In this document: piece by piece, positions 22,868 through 30,477 of the stretch
How the letters are laid out: each line of letters begins with the position of its first letter
Numbering within the stretch: position 1 is the stretch's first letter
Source of the DNA: a virus
Lineage: Duplodnaviria > Heunggongvirae > Uroviricota > Caudoviricetes
Length of the DNA stretch: 35,326 bases
Virus record (IMG/VR): IMGVR_UViG_2778261588_000004
Coordinates: 1 to 35,326 of that record
Strand: one strand, 5' to 3'
Position numbers and translations under genes: made by a program
Notes under the pieces: model-generated
Databases searched by the model: none
What the model was told of the DNA's origin: nothing
The model's input: only the letters and a program-made list of their open reading frames with translations

Positions 22868-23695
22868 TCAATGAACGGTATCGAGCAGCTTTAACAGCTC
22901 AGGGAATCGGGATTCGAAGAAATGCGGCTGCGTCTCGCGCGGATTTGCAGGACTGGTGATGTTCTTGCCGAACATGCAGCCTTTCGCGGTCAGCGACCAG
23001 AATTTTTTGATGTTGTTAATCGCGGTACGGCTGTATCGTTCGCGTTGTTCAACGATCCCCAGCTTCGCCATCTGGTGATATGCCTGATTAGCCGTCAGGC
23101 GGATACCATACTGTTTCAGCAGTGCACTCAGCGACAGCGTAGGGCGGCTTGAACCATCTGGCGCATCAGCAGGTGCATCAATGGCATAGATCGGCATAAG
23201 TTCAGGAAGACCAGCTACCTTTGATAATTTCTGGTATGCACCAAGTTTCGAGGAGTTTGACAGATTTAGAGTCTTTGCTGCTGATTCAAGCAGAATGACC
23301 CCGGATTTAATTTTGTCGGATGTGGTTTCTTCTGGTGATGAATTATGAAGCGCATCAAAAGTACGTATCACTTTTAAGCTGAATGCCGGGCTGATCCACA
23401 TTGCATATGCATAGACCAGCTCTTTACAGACATACGTCCCACCATTGCGCCCCTGAATGGTGATGACAGGAATACTACGGGAATCTCCCGTAGTTTCTTC
23501 TTCCAATAATTCCACAAGAGCCTTCGTTTCAGGACGACGCATAAACTCGTGAACTTCCAGCGAACGGGAGGAGCGATTCTCACCAGCGGCAAGAAGAGCA
23601 GCTTTCTGAAGGTCGTTAAGACAGTAGTTAGATTCGAAGTACTGGCGCACAGAAACGCCATCAATTACAAGCAACTGATTCATTGGTTTCTCCAC
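22868..23695 (-). CDS. KilA-N domain protein
   Basis: N-terminal ...ITIQGRNGGTYVCKELVYAYAMWISPAFSLKVIRTF fits the KilA-N/APSES signature. Confidence 0.65.
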   Translation of the reverse strand: MEKPMNQLLVIDGVSVRQYFESNYCLNDLQKAALLAAGENRSSRSLEVHEFMRRPETKALVELLEEETTGDSRSIPVITIQGRNGGTYVCKELVYAYAMWISPAFSLKVIRTFDALHNSSPEETTSDKIKSGVILLESAAKTLNLSNSSKLGAYQKLSKVAGLPELMPIYAIDAPADAPDGSSRPTLSLSALLKQYGIRLTANQAYHQMAKLGIVEQRERYSRTAINNIKKFWSLTAKGCMFGKNITSPANPRETQPHFFESRFPELLKLLDTVH

Positions 23696-23845
23696 AAATT
23701 TTTATCCACGAGCGGGACTGCACTCCCTTTTCGTTGATGCAGGATGAACTTACTGCGATTTTTAATAGTTATCAAGGATACACTGTTCATAAATACAGTA
23801 TCTTTAACGAGGTAATACCCAAATTTAGGGTGTTGCTCAATTCCG

Positions 23846-24241
23846 TTACCAAGTTGCTAATTTGCAACTCGCTTTTTCGTACTTACTGATAGTGATCTCG
23901 ACCTTCCCCTCCGGGATAACCGGTCCCCACTCCACCAGCATTCTTTTCACCTGACTGTCGTCTTCCCACACACCCGCGTGGGTCAGGGCGTCAAACAGCG
24001 CCTTGTTATAGTTGTCCAGATCGCGGATCCGGTTATCCGGAGGAAACAACACGATCTCCACTGAAGCAGGTGCCGACGTTGGTTTCGGCAGACGACGTAA
24101 CTGCTCAACTATTGCTGCACACGCCGCGCTCTGGAATTTTCGCCCCGCCGCGCTTATCAGGCTCTTACCAGCAAACGCCCCTTTGTTGGGGTGTCGCCAG
24201 TACGTGTTCACGCTGGGCGGAAAAGGCAGGATCAGCTTCAT
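23846..24241 (-). CDS. rusA: Holliday junction resolvase RusA
   Basis: 131 aa; LPFPPSVNTYWRH ... RDLDNYNKALFDALTHAGVWEDDSQV matches RusA motifs including the catalytic Asp region. Confidence 0.8.
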   Translation of the reverse strand: MKLILPFPPSVNTYWRHPNKGAFAGKSLISAAGRKFQSAACAAIVEQLRRLPKPTSAPASVEIVLFPPDNRIRDLDNYNKALFDALTHAGVWEDDSQVKRMLVEWGPVIPEGKVEITISKYEKASCKLATW

Positions 24242-24564
24242 ACTTTCAGGCCCCTCTCATGTAACCAGTGGGCTGCACGCAGCCTGGCGTTTTCCTCACC
24301 GGCAAGCAGTGAGCGGATAATCCCGACCGCCTCGCTGTCGTCGTCCTTCACCACGGTATGAAGCGTGATCCCCCGGGCCACACCACGCTTTATCGTGATG
24401 ACGCCTTTTTTCTCCAGTGCGCGAAGATGCTCCACCGCTGCATTCACTGAACGGTATCCCAGCATGGTTGCCACCTCCTGATTGGTTGGCGGGAAGCCAC
24501 GTTCTTTCTGATAAGAAATCAGCATATCCAGCACCTGCTGCTGGCATTGAGTTAACGTCGTCAT
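24238..24564 (-). CDS. LexA-type N-terminal DNA-binding domain protein (no peptidase domain)
   Basis: 108 aa; LTQCQQQVLDMLISYQKERGFPPTNQEVATMLGYRSVNAAVEHLRALEKKGVITIKRGVARGITL parallels the LexA winged-helix domain; ATGA coupling to neighbours. Confidence 0.6.
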   Translation of the reverse strand: MTTLTQCQQQVLDMLISYQKERGFPPTNQEVATMLGYRSVNAAVEHLRALEKKGVITIKRGVARGITLHTVVKDDDSEAVGIIRSLLAGEENARLRAAHWLHERGLKV

Positions 24565-25214
24565 GCCGCCATCTCCCTGACCAGTTTTTCCGCCTGCTGG
24601 CGAACCTGCGCCAGAAACGCCTCACCACATGCCTCAAGTTCATCGCGCCCGATGTAGCTGATTGCCGGTCCCTTCCAGGTCTTGTCGAAAACAGCAATAG
24701 CACCAGCGAAGAAAGCGCCTGTCGGCACCTGCTTCTCATCTTTCGGGATAAACCAGGCAGGCAGTTCAAAACCAATACGCCCGCGAATAAAAGCAATATG
24801 ATCTGCATCTTCCGGCCACCACACTTCGCTGGTGGCAGCTTTGATCAGGAAAACATAGCGCCCGCCTTTATCACGCATGGCACTGGCATGTTTCATGATG
24901 TAACGCATGCCGGTGATGTATTGCCCCTCATGCTGACTGGCGCGGCTGTATGGGGGATTACCAAAGGCAGCACCTTTAAGCTCCGCAAGACGTTCTGACC
25001 AGTCATGCGCCAGCGCGTTGTCTTCCGCCGTGTAATACGCGGTACATTTGGCGTTATCACCGTCAGTAAACAGATCCAGGACAAACGGGCCAAACAGGGT
25101 GTTAATTCCCCAGAAAATGTTATCCGGCGTGCGCCACTGATCGCCCACTTCCTTCAGTTCATGGGCTGGTTTGTTCCGCAGCTCCACCAGCTCCTGGCAA
25201 TATTTATTACTCAT
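24561..25214 (-). CDS. Phage-type N6-adenine DNA methyltransferase (Dam-like)
   Basis: FGNPPYS catalytic motif; likely start at the internal Met at 25214 (MSNKYCQ...), tightly coupled to the upstream gene stop. Confidence 0.78.
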   Translation of the reverse strand: MSNKYCQELVELRNKPAHELKEVGDQWRTPDNIFWGINTLFGPFVLDLFTDGDNAKCTAYYTAEDNALAHDWSERLAELKGAAFGNPPYSRASQHEGQYITGMRYIMKHASAMRDKGGRYVFLIKAATSEVWWPEDADHIAFIRGRIGFELPAWFIPKDEKQVPTGAFFAGAIAVFDKTWKGPAISYIGRDELEACGEAFLAQVRQQAEKLVREMAA

Positions 25215-25708
25215 TAAGCCCCCACGTAATTCCCTGACAGATACCACTCATCACCCGATACAGCGCGCTTGCTGCTTTTCCGTAAGCACCGCTCACGACG
25301 TGCCAGAAAATTGTTTCGTTCTGGCTGGGAGTGGCTTTCACGGAATGCCGCCATCCACACGGTTGCAGCACGACGGTATAAGCCCCTGGACTCCAGTTCT
25401 TCAGCCTGGCGGGTCAGGCACAAAATCACCCGGGGGTCGTTAGTGCCGACATAGAAATTGCGCACAGGTCTGGTTTCACGAACAGGTTGTGGTTCCGGCT
25501 CCTGCGCTCTCTCAGTCAGGCGCGGGAAATGTCTGCGTGTATCTCCTTCACAACGGTGAGCCACACGCCCACTCTGACGTAACTTGCTTGCTGACTGCAG
25601 AACGCGCTGCCGTGAGTAACCTGCAAAAGCATCCGCAATGTCTCCGGAAGTACAGCCCGGATGGGCTTCAATGAATTTCTGAACTTCATTCAAAAGACTC
25701 ATGATCAC
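25214..25708 (-). CDS. YfdN-like prophage protein with PerC-like motif (tentative)
   Basis: 164 aa; AEELESRGLYRRAATVWMAAF resembles the PerC/Pch signature; same size and position as yfdN in CPS-53; from memory only. Confidence 0.45.
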   Translation of the reverse strand: MIMSLLNEVQKFIEAHPGCTSGDIADAFAGYSRQRVLQSASKLRQSGRVAHRCEGDTRRHFPRLTERAQEPEPQPVRETRPVRNFYVGTNDPRVILCLTRQAEELESRGLYRRAATVWMAAFRESHSQPERNNFLARRERCLRKSSKRAVSGDEWYLSGNYVGA

Positions 25709-26697
25709 CCCCTGAATCCTGCCGGGATCTGGCTGTAGTCCACGTTGTCGTAACTGGATTTGAAATACGGGTCTTCGCGTTTTTCTGTGTATGTGCTGAC
25801 GGACGGCGATAAGCGCAGGGAAAGCTCATCCCATTTTTCCCGCAGCTTCGACGGACTGAGCACGTTACGGCACCAGAACGGATCGCGGCTGACGCGGCTG
25901 TACATCTCGCAGATTTGTTTGTGAGTACGACCATCCTGCACACACATCAGGCGAATTTCGTTTGCCCAGGCTGTCCAGTTAGGTTCTTTGGGACGAACCA
26001 CCTCGCCGTCACATTCGGCGGCCTGCTCGTACAGGGCGATGATTTTTTTCCAGAGCCACTGTGCGCAGGTCAAATCATCCTGCGTTCCCCACTGGCGCTT
26101 TTTAGGGCTGAATACAACCGCATCAGGATGGCGAGTTAAAAAATCCTGTTCAGCCATCTGCGTGTCCGGTTGCGAAGCGTCCGGACGAGAAGAGGTTTTA
26201 TTCTCTGTAGTAATCTCTGTTGTATTCTCTGTAAGATCATTGGGCCATTTTGACCCGATGACAGCGTGTCGTTTTGAACCAATGGATCGTGTCATTTTGC
26301 GCCCATCCATCAGGTCACTTTGACCCGATGGAGAAGTGCATTTTGACCTGATGGATTCGTTCACTTTGACCTCTTCTAAAAGCTCACTTTCATAGTTGAT
26401 CGTGTAGAAATTGGTCATGTCACGCTTCGATTTATTGAGTTGCTCGCGACGCAAAACCCCAAGTGATTTCAGGCTTGCAAATGTGCGTTTCAGAGTGGAC
26501 TCTGACCAGAACGGAAACTGCTCCAGCCACTGTTCTGTCGTGTTATAAACCCAGCGAATTCCGCCATGCTCAGTGCCTGAATTCGTTTCATTCAGCCAGT
26601 AATGAAGCTGCTGCAACACAATTGCCTCATTCAGACCAATACGGCATGCAAGATCACGATTTATCACAATGGGCTGGGATGTCATTAACAGGCTCAT
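25705..26697 (-). CDS. Replication initiator (O-like), gene contains the origin iterons
   Basis: 330 aa; AGAGG 6 nt upstream of ATG; tandem iterons inside the coding sequence as with lambda O/ori; protein is not lambda O-like. Confidence 0.7.
   Translation of the reverse strand: MSLLMTSQPIVINRDLACRIGLNEAIVLQQLHYWLNETNSGTEHGGIRWVYNTTEQWLEQFPFWSESTLKRTFASLKSLGVLRREQLNKSKRDMTNFYTINYESELLEEVKVNESIRSKCTSPSGQSDLMDGRKMTRSIGSKRHAVIGSKWPNDLTENTTEITTENKTSSRPDASQPDTQMAEQDFLTRHPDAVVFSPKKRQWGTQDDLTCAQWLWKKIIALYEQAAECDGEVVRPKEPNWTAWANEIRLMCVQDGRTHKQICEMYSRVSRDPFWCRNVLSPSKLREKWDELSLRLSPSVSTYTEKREDPYFKSSYDNVDYSQIPAGFRG
26245..26380. repeat. ori: Origin iterons: six direct repeats of ~15-17 bp at 23-bp spacing
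   Basis: Copies cATTTTGACCCGATG (26246), gTTTTGAACCAATGG (26271), cATTTTGCGCCCATCC (26294), cACTTTGACCCGATGG (26317), cATTTTGACCTGATGG (26340), cACTTTGACCTC (26363); A/T-richer DNA follows. Confidence 0.75.
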
Positions 26698-26706
26698 GAC
26701 CGACCT

Positions 26707-27045
26707 CTATTTCCCTGAATTTACGACGAAACTGTTCGAGCGGACTGAAGCATTCATGTTCATAGCCTTCACGGAGGTAGATAACCCGTTGTGTTTCCGG
26801 CTCCCAACGAATGACTCTGACGGGCACTCCGTAGTGATCTTTGAACCAGCGGTTAACTTGTCGCAAAGGACTGTCTCCTTCTGCCGGTTGAAATCACCCA
26901 CAGCCCACTCTGCAAAGCTGTGGGTTACAATTTCCCTGTCACCTAGTACATTCACTGCATAGCAATACTCCACCTTCGCTTTTCCACCCGGTACAGGAAG
27001 CGCAATCAGTTGCGAACGACGGTAGAGTGTTGTTAAACTGTTCAT
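26707..27045 (-). CDS. Hypothetical protein between the CII-like gene and the initiator; frame ambiguous
   Basis: ATG overlaps the CII-like stop (ATGA); a second frame (26654..26866, TTG start with AAGGAG 8 nt upstream) is also open and looks more protein-like in its distal part. Confidence 0.4.
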   Translation of the reverse strand: MNSLTTLYRRSQLIALPVPGGKAKVEYCYAVNVLGDREIVTHSFAEWAVGDFNRQKETVLCDKLTAGSKITTECPSESFVGSRKHNGLSTSVKAMNMNASVRSNSFVVNSGK

Positions 27046-27626
27046 GCGTTAGTTTCTCCACGGACACAAAACGCCACGACGCCCGGAGCTGCACACTCGC
27101 GGGCGTCACTCTTTTCTGAAGCGCAGAAGATTTTGTAGAACAGTGCTGCATGCTCCTGGAGCTTCGAAATTGACAGATACAACTCATCATTAATTGCTGT
27201 CTGTTCATGTGGCTCCACTACCCCATCTTCGATTGCCGAACGAATCTGCTTTGAGTAACTCCCGATCTGTTCAATGACTTCCAGTAGACGTTGGTTGATA
27301 TCAGCGTTCTCTACTTCCTCAATTTCAGGAAGTGATACAAACACCCCACCAGCAGACTGTGCGACAGCATCCGCAATGTGATGTGTACTAGCCGCACGCT
27401 GTAAAACCATTGCCCATCCCAACGGAAAAAACTGATCACCATCGGCACGAAGGCGGTTGAATAAAGCGTTCTCTGTTACATCCAGCCACTCAGCTGCTTC
27501 AGCGTAACCACCCGGCAACGCCGCGATAGTTTTTCTGACAGCTTTCACGTACCACTCAGGTTGTTTTTCTACTTTCCAGTGATGCTTACCCACGGCTATC
27601 TCCTTAAAACTGTGGTTACTTTCCAT
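27042..27626 (-). CDS. CII-like regulatory protein (CP76-type, tentative)
   Basis: 194 aa, immediately downstream of and overlapping the Cro-like gene, where cII sits in lambdoid phages; family from memory. Confidence 0.55.
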   Translation of the reverse strand: MESNHSFKEIAVGKHHWKVEKQPEWYVKAVRKTIAALPGGYAEAAEWLDVTENALFNRLRADGDQFFPLGWAMVLQRAASTHHIADAVAQSAGGVFVSLPEIEEVENADINQRLLEVIEQIGSYSKQIRSAIEDGVVEPHEQTAINDELYLSISKLQEHAALFYKIFCASEKSDARECAAPGVVAFCVRGETNA

Positions 27627-27864
27627 CTGATAAGTCTTTAATCTTTTGAAAAATATCTGGACGTAATTTTTCTTTTGATACGCCAGTGGTCATTTCAATG
27701 AATATCGAGAGCTTTGCAGGGGGACGCTTTTCTCTGTTCAACCAGTTCCAGACATGTTGTTGCTTTACTAAACGACCACTGCTGGCTGTGAGCTTCCGAG
27801 CCAATTCTGATTGACCACCAGCCAGAGCGATTGCCTCTGATAAGGCTAATTGCTCAGGTGTCAT
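27616..27864 (-). CDS. cro: Cro-like HTH repressor
   Basis: 82 aa; divergent from cI across the operator region; AGGAG 6 nt upstream of ATG; HTH segment SELARKLTASSGRLVKQQHVWNWLN. Confidence 0.65.
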   Translation of the reverse strand: MTPEQLALSEAIALAGGQSELARKLTASSGRLVKQQHVWNWLNREKRPPAKLSIFIEMTTGVSKEKLRPDIFQKIKDLSDGK

Positions 27865-27883
27865 AGCTTTCTCCTATCTGTAA

Positions 27884-27975
27884 GTAGTAAAGTTGTTGAT
27901 AACTTCGATTATACAACTACAACAACTTTTATCACAACTTTTAGATGTTGGAAAGCTAAAACATAAAGTTGTAAC
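27884..27975. promoter_or_regulatory. OR: OR operator/promoter region, including pR
   Basis: Repeated GTTGT/ACAAC half-site motifs (AAGTTGTTGATAACTT, ACAACTACAACAACTTT, ACAACTTTTAGATGTTG, AAAGTTGTAACC); minus-sense TTGTGA-18-TATAAT (TATAAT = plus 27908..27913) reads into cro. Confidence 0.6.
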
Positions 27976-28001
27976 CTCAATAAAAACGAGGGGGATATGT
28001 T

Positions 28002-28688
28002 GTGAAAACATTGGCAGAAAGACTAAAAAGCGAAAGAGAAAAAGCAGGAATGAGTCAGGCGCAACTAGCTGAAAAAATTGGGCTTTCACAACAATCCGTA
28101 GCAAAAATCGAGAATGGAGAAACTCAACAGCCTCGGAAAATTAAAGAGATTGCTAAAGTGTTAGGGGTTTCTCAAAAGTGGTTGCAATTGGGCATTGAGG
28201 ATAACGCGTCTTTCCCAGACCTTGTTGTAAAGGAGGCTGAAAGTACAACATTAGATCCTGACATTTTTGCAAACATTCCTGTCCTAGATGTCGAGTTATC
28301 AGCGGGTAATGGATGTTTGGCTGAAATAGTTGAATCAACTGTAGACTGGTTCCCGCTAAGAAGGATTGATTTAAGAAAAGCTGGTGTATGTGTCTCCAAT
28401 GCAAAGATCGTAAAAATTTGGGGTAATAGTTTACTACCTGTACTTAACAATGGAGATTTTGTTGCTGTTGATGTTTCCCAAACAGTTCCTATTCGTGATG
28501 GGGATCTTTATGCTATACGTGATGGCGTATTACTTAGAGTTAAAATATTGATCAATTTACCTGACGGTGGTCTGATTCTAAGAAGTTTCAATAAAGATGA
28601 GTATCCAGATGAAATACTCACCTTCGAAGATAGGCGTTCCAGAATTCACGTTATAGGTAGAGTATTCTGGTCATCGCGCACTTGGTAA
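28002..28688 (+). CDS. cI: CI-type prophage repressor (HTH plus S24 LexA-like autopeptidase domain)
   Basis: GTG start with GAGGGGG 8 nt upstream; N-terminal HTH (MSQAQLAEKIGLSQQSVAKIENGE); Ala-Gly cleavage site (ELSAGNG); C-terminal S24 fold with candidate Ser (WGNSLLP) and Lys (LLRVK). Confidence 0.88.
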   Translation: MKTLAERLKSEREKAGMSQAQLAEKIGLSQQSVAKIENGETQQPRKIKEIAKVLGVSQKWLQLGIEDNASFPDLVVKEAESTTLDPDIFANIPVLDVELSAGNGCLAEIVESTVDWFPLRRIDLRKAGVCVSNAKIVKIWGNSLLPVLNNGDFVAVDVSQTVPIRDGDLYAIRDGVLLRVKILINLPDGGLILRSFNKDEYPDEILTFEDRRSRIHVIGRVFWSSRTW

Positions 28689-28861
28689 TGCATCAAAAAA
28701 CATTCCTTCAGAAATTTAGTTACCATTATTACCCGCCTTTTCAATCTTCCTCCCGTGATTTGAGAGTTTCCAATCACGGAAGGAAAGTGTCCATTGTGTA
28801 ATTAAAAGCGCATCGTCCATACAACCTCCTTTTTTGATAACCCTTGCCCTCATTTCACATC

Positions 28862-28920
28862 CGTCAAAACCACATAAAGTTGTTGACAACAACCAAAACA
28901 ACAACTAGATTACAACTTAA
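28862..28920 (+). promoter_or_regulatory. OL: OL operator / pL promoter
   Basis: Same half-site family as OR: near-perfect 15-bp palindrome GTTGTTGACAACAAC, ACAACAACT, CAACTTAAAGATGTTG; perfect -35 TTGACA (28873..28878), 17-nt spacer, -10 TAGATT (28896..28901), pointing away from cI. Confidence 0.6.
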
Positions 28921-29002
28921 AGATGTTGCAGTAACGAACAGGCAGGACGCCCACGAAGTAGCCGCCGGTGGCGTATGAATGACCGGGTGATTCGTTAGCA
29001 AC

Positions 29003-29030
29003 AAAAAAGCGCCCAACAGGACGCTTAGCT
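29003..29030 (-). terminator. Intrinsic terminator after the orphan immunity-region gene
   Basis: Minus sense AGCGTCC-TGTT-GGGCGCT (one G-U pair) followed by TTTTTTGTTG; 35-60 nt downstream of the stop at 29065. Confidence 0.5.
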
Positions 29031-29064
29031 CTTTAACAATCTGGATATCCACAACAGTAGTAAT

Positions 29065-29556
29065 CTACAGATTGCCGTTAAGTTTTCTGGACAACTCCTC
29101 AATGGATGGAGGCGATACGTAATCCGGATTTTTATTCATCAGAAACTTATTTTCACAGTGGAGGCACCTGCTTTTATGAAAAAGCTCATCTTCGCTAACC
29201 GGGAATGGTTGAAGTATCGATACTATCTTTTGTCCAAAACATTTTGGGCAAAGATGCATGGTTATGCTGCCACCGTTCACGATTACCTCCTTCGAGTATA
29301 CAAAAGTACCCGACTCAAGTTGGTTAAGGATATAGCCTTCCGTCTGAGCCTCAAAGTTTTCGAATTCTGCAATTTTAGCTTTGAGAGAAGCATTTATTTC
29401 TTGATAAGAGCCCACCAGTTCAACGAGAGACACGCATTCGCGCTGAATAGACGCAAGCTTTGAGTTCAGCTCACCAATAGCCGCATTTACTTCAGCTTGA
29501 GTTTTTGCCTCGTTCATTAGTTTTGCAATCTGGGCTGTTTCACGAATAGCCGTCAT
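29065..29556 (-). CDS. Hypothetical protein: N-terminal coiled coil plus C-terminal CxxC...CxxC zinc ribbon
   Basis: 163 aa from the Met at 29556 (the track ORF reaches 29844 through GC-rich DNA); heptad-like N-terminus; CPKC ... CLHC pair; AT-rich relative to neighbours; antisense to pL; own terminator. Confidence 0.55.
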   Translation of the reverse strand: MTAIRETAQIAKLMNEAKTQAEVNAAIGELNSKLASIQRECVSLVELVGSYQEINASLKAKIAEFENFEAQTEGYILNQLESGTFVYSKEVIVNGGSITMHLCPKCFGQKIVSILQPFPVSEDELFHKSRCLHCENKFLMNKNPDYVSPPSIEELSRKLNGNL

Positions 29557-29591
29557 TGCTGCCGTTAATTCAGCGATCACATTGAATACTC

Positions 29592-29650
29592 TTATTGTTG
29601 TTGGGGATATCCAGATTAACCGAATCCTTGTTGTTGGGGAATAACCAGGT
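29592..29650. repeat. Direct repeat pair upstream of the orphan gene
   Basis: TTGTTGTTGGGGATATCCAG (from ~29594) and TTGTTGTTGGGGAATAACCAG (from ~29629), two ~20-bp copies about 35 bp apart. Confidence 0.55.
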
Positions 29651-29865
29651 CCACCTCGCCTGATGTGGCTAAAAGCAGGCACATAACAGCTAAGTATTTT
29701 CAACCAGAGAGAATCCTTAGCGTTGTGGTGAATGCGGCTCAGCGCACGCGGGTTAAGGTTGAGGCTGACAGTCGACCTTCTGTGGATACCCACCCGCCTG
29801 GTGTGCAACCTTCGCCAGGCACCGGGAGGCACCCGGCACCACAACTTTATGCTGTGTGTAGTCCT

Positions 29866-29912
29866 GGCGGTACCAGCTTGTACCCTTGCTTCCGGCTGGT
29901 ACCGTCCTTTTT
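29866..29912 (+). terminator. Intrinsic terminator-like hairpin in the early-left leader
   Basis: Stem 29866..29877 / 29895..29906 (core GGTACCAGC/GCTGGTACC), 17-nt loop, then CTTTTT (29907..29912). Confidence 0.45.
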
Positions 29913-30001
29913 ACAAAACAGAGAAGAGCATCACCGGACGACGGGCTCATAACCCAATCCATCCGGGCGGCTGCCACCGCAGGTGTTCTTCTCTGTTTTG
30001 T
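29913..30001 (+). other. Perfect 15-bp inverted repeat enclosing a 59-nt GC-rich segment (candidate structured RNA element)
   Basis: ACAAAACAGAGAAGA (29913..29927) and TCTTCTCTGTTTTGT (29987..30001) are exact reverse complements; the enclosed segment has further internal pairings; ~50 nt upstream of the first early-left gene. Confidence 0.45.
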
Positions 30002-30049
30002 GGAGAAACCAACCGACCTTGCAGGGTCGATATGATGAGGAGCAGCAAA

Positions 30050-30412
30050 ATGGCTAGCGAACGCAGTACTGATGTGCAGGCATTTATCGGGGAGCTGGAC
30101 GGCGGCGTATTTGAAACCAAAATCGGCGCAGTTCTCAGTGAGGTCGCTTCCGGTGTGATGAACACGAAAACCAAAGGGAAGGTCTCACTCAATCTGGAAA
30201 TCGAACCATTTGATGAGAACCGTGTGAAAATCAAACACAAACTCTCATATGTTCGCCCGACTAACCGCGGGAAAATTTCCGAAGAAGACACCACCGAAAC
30301 GCCGATGTATGTCAATCGCGGTGGTCGCCTGACTATTCTGCAGGAAGACCAGGGACAATTACTGACTCTTGCCGGTGAACCTGACGGAAAACTCCGCGCA
30401 GCAGGTCGTTAA
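30050..30412 (+). CDS. YfdP-like early-left protein (120 aa)
   Basis: ATG at 30050 with AGGAG 7 nt upstream; the track ORF reaches back to 29732 through the structured region; first gene of a CPS-53-like yfdPQRST-type operon. Confidence 0.55.
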   Translation: MASERSTDVQAFIGELDGGVFETKIGAVLSEVASGVMNTKTKGKVSLNLEIEPFDENRVKIKHKLSYVRPTNRGKISEEDTTETPMYVNRGGRLTILQEDQGQLLTLAGEPDGKLRAAGR

Positions 30413-30477
30413 TATCGTTCGTAATAAACTGATTATTTATCTCATCACTGAATATCTTTATATAGTGAGGACTTATT

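Noticed and set aside
24296-24998. Minus and plus ORFs (24296..24808, 24417..24998) overlapping the LexA-DBD and Dam-like genes
   Set aside because: Out-of-frame shadows of tightly coupled genes with clear family motifs; Arg/Ser-rich composition.
26245-26380. Tandem repeats considered as a possible CRISPR array
   Set aside because: Repeats are ~15-17 bp at 23-bp periodicity with ~6-bp spacers, inside a replication initiator gene; this is the iteron/ori pattern, not CRISPR.
28716-29052. Two 62-aa minus-strand ORFs (28716..28904 and 28864..29052) downstream of the orphan gene
   Set aside because: They overlap OL/pL; the hydrophobic VVVLVVV stretch is just the translation of the GTTGTT operator repeats, and one starts with GTG and no RBS.
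29732-30049. Upstream extension of the YfdP-like ORF through the GC-rich structured region (29732..30412 as one 226-aa ORF)
   Set aside because: The extension runs across a terminator-like hairpin and the 15-bp inverted repeat and translates to Arg/Cys/Leu-rich low-complexity sequence; the internal ATG at 30050 with AGGAG is the credible start.
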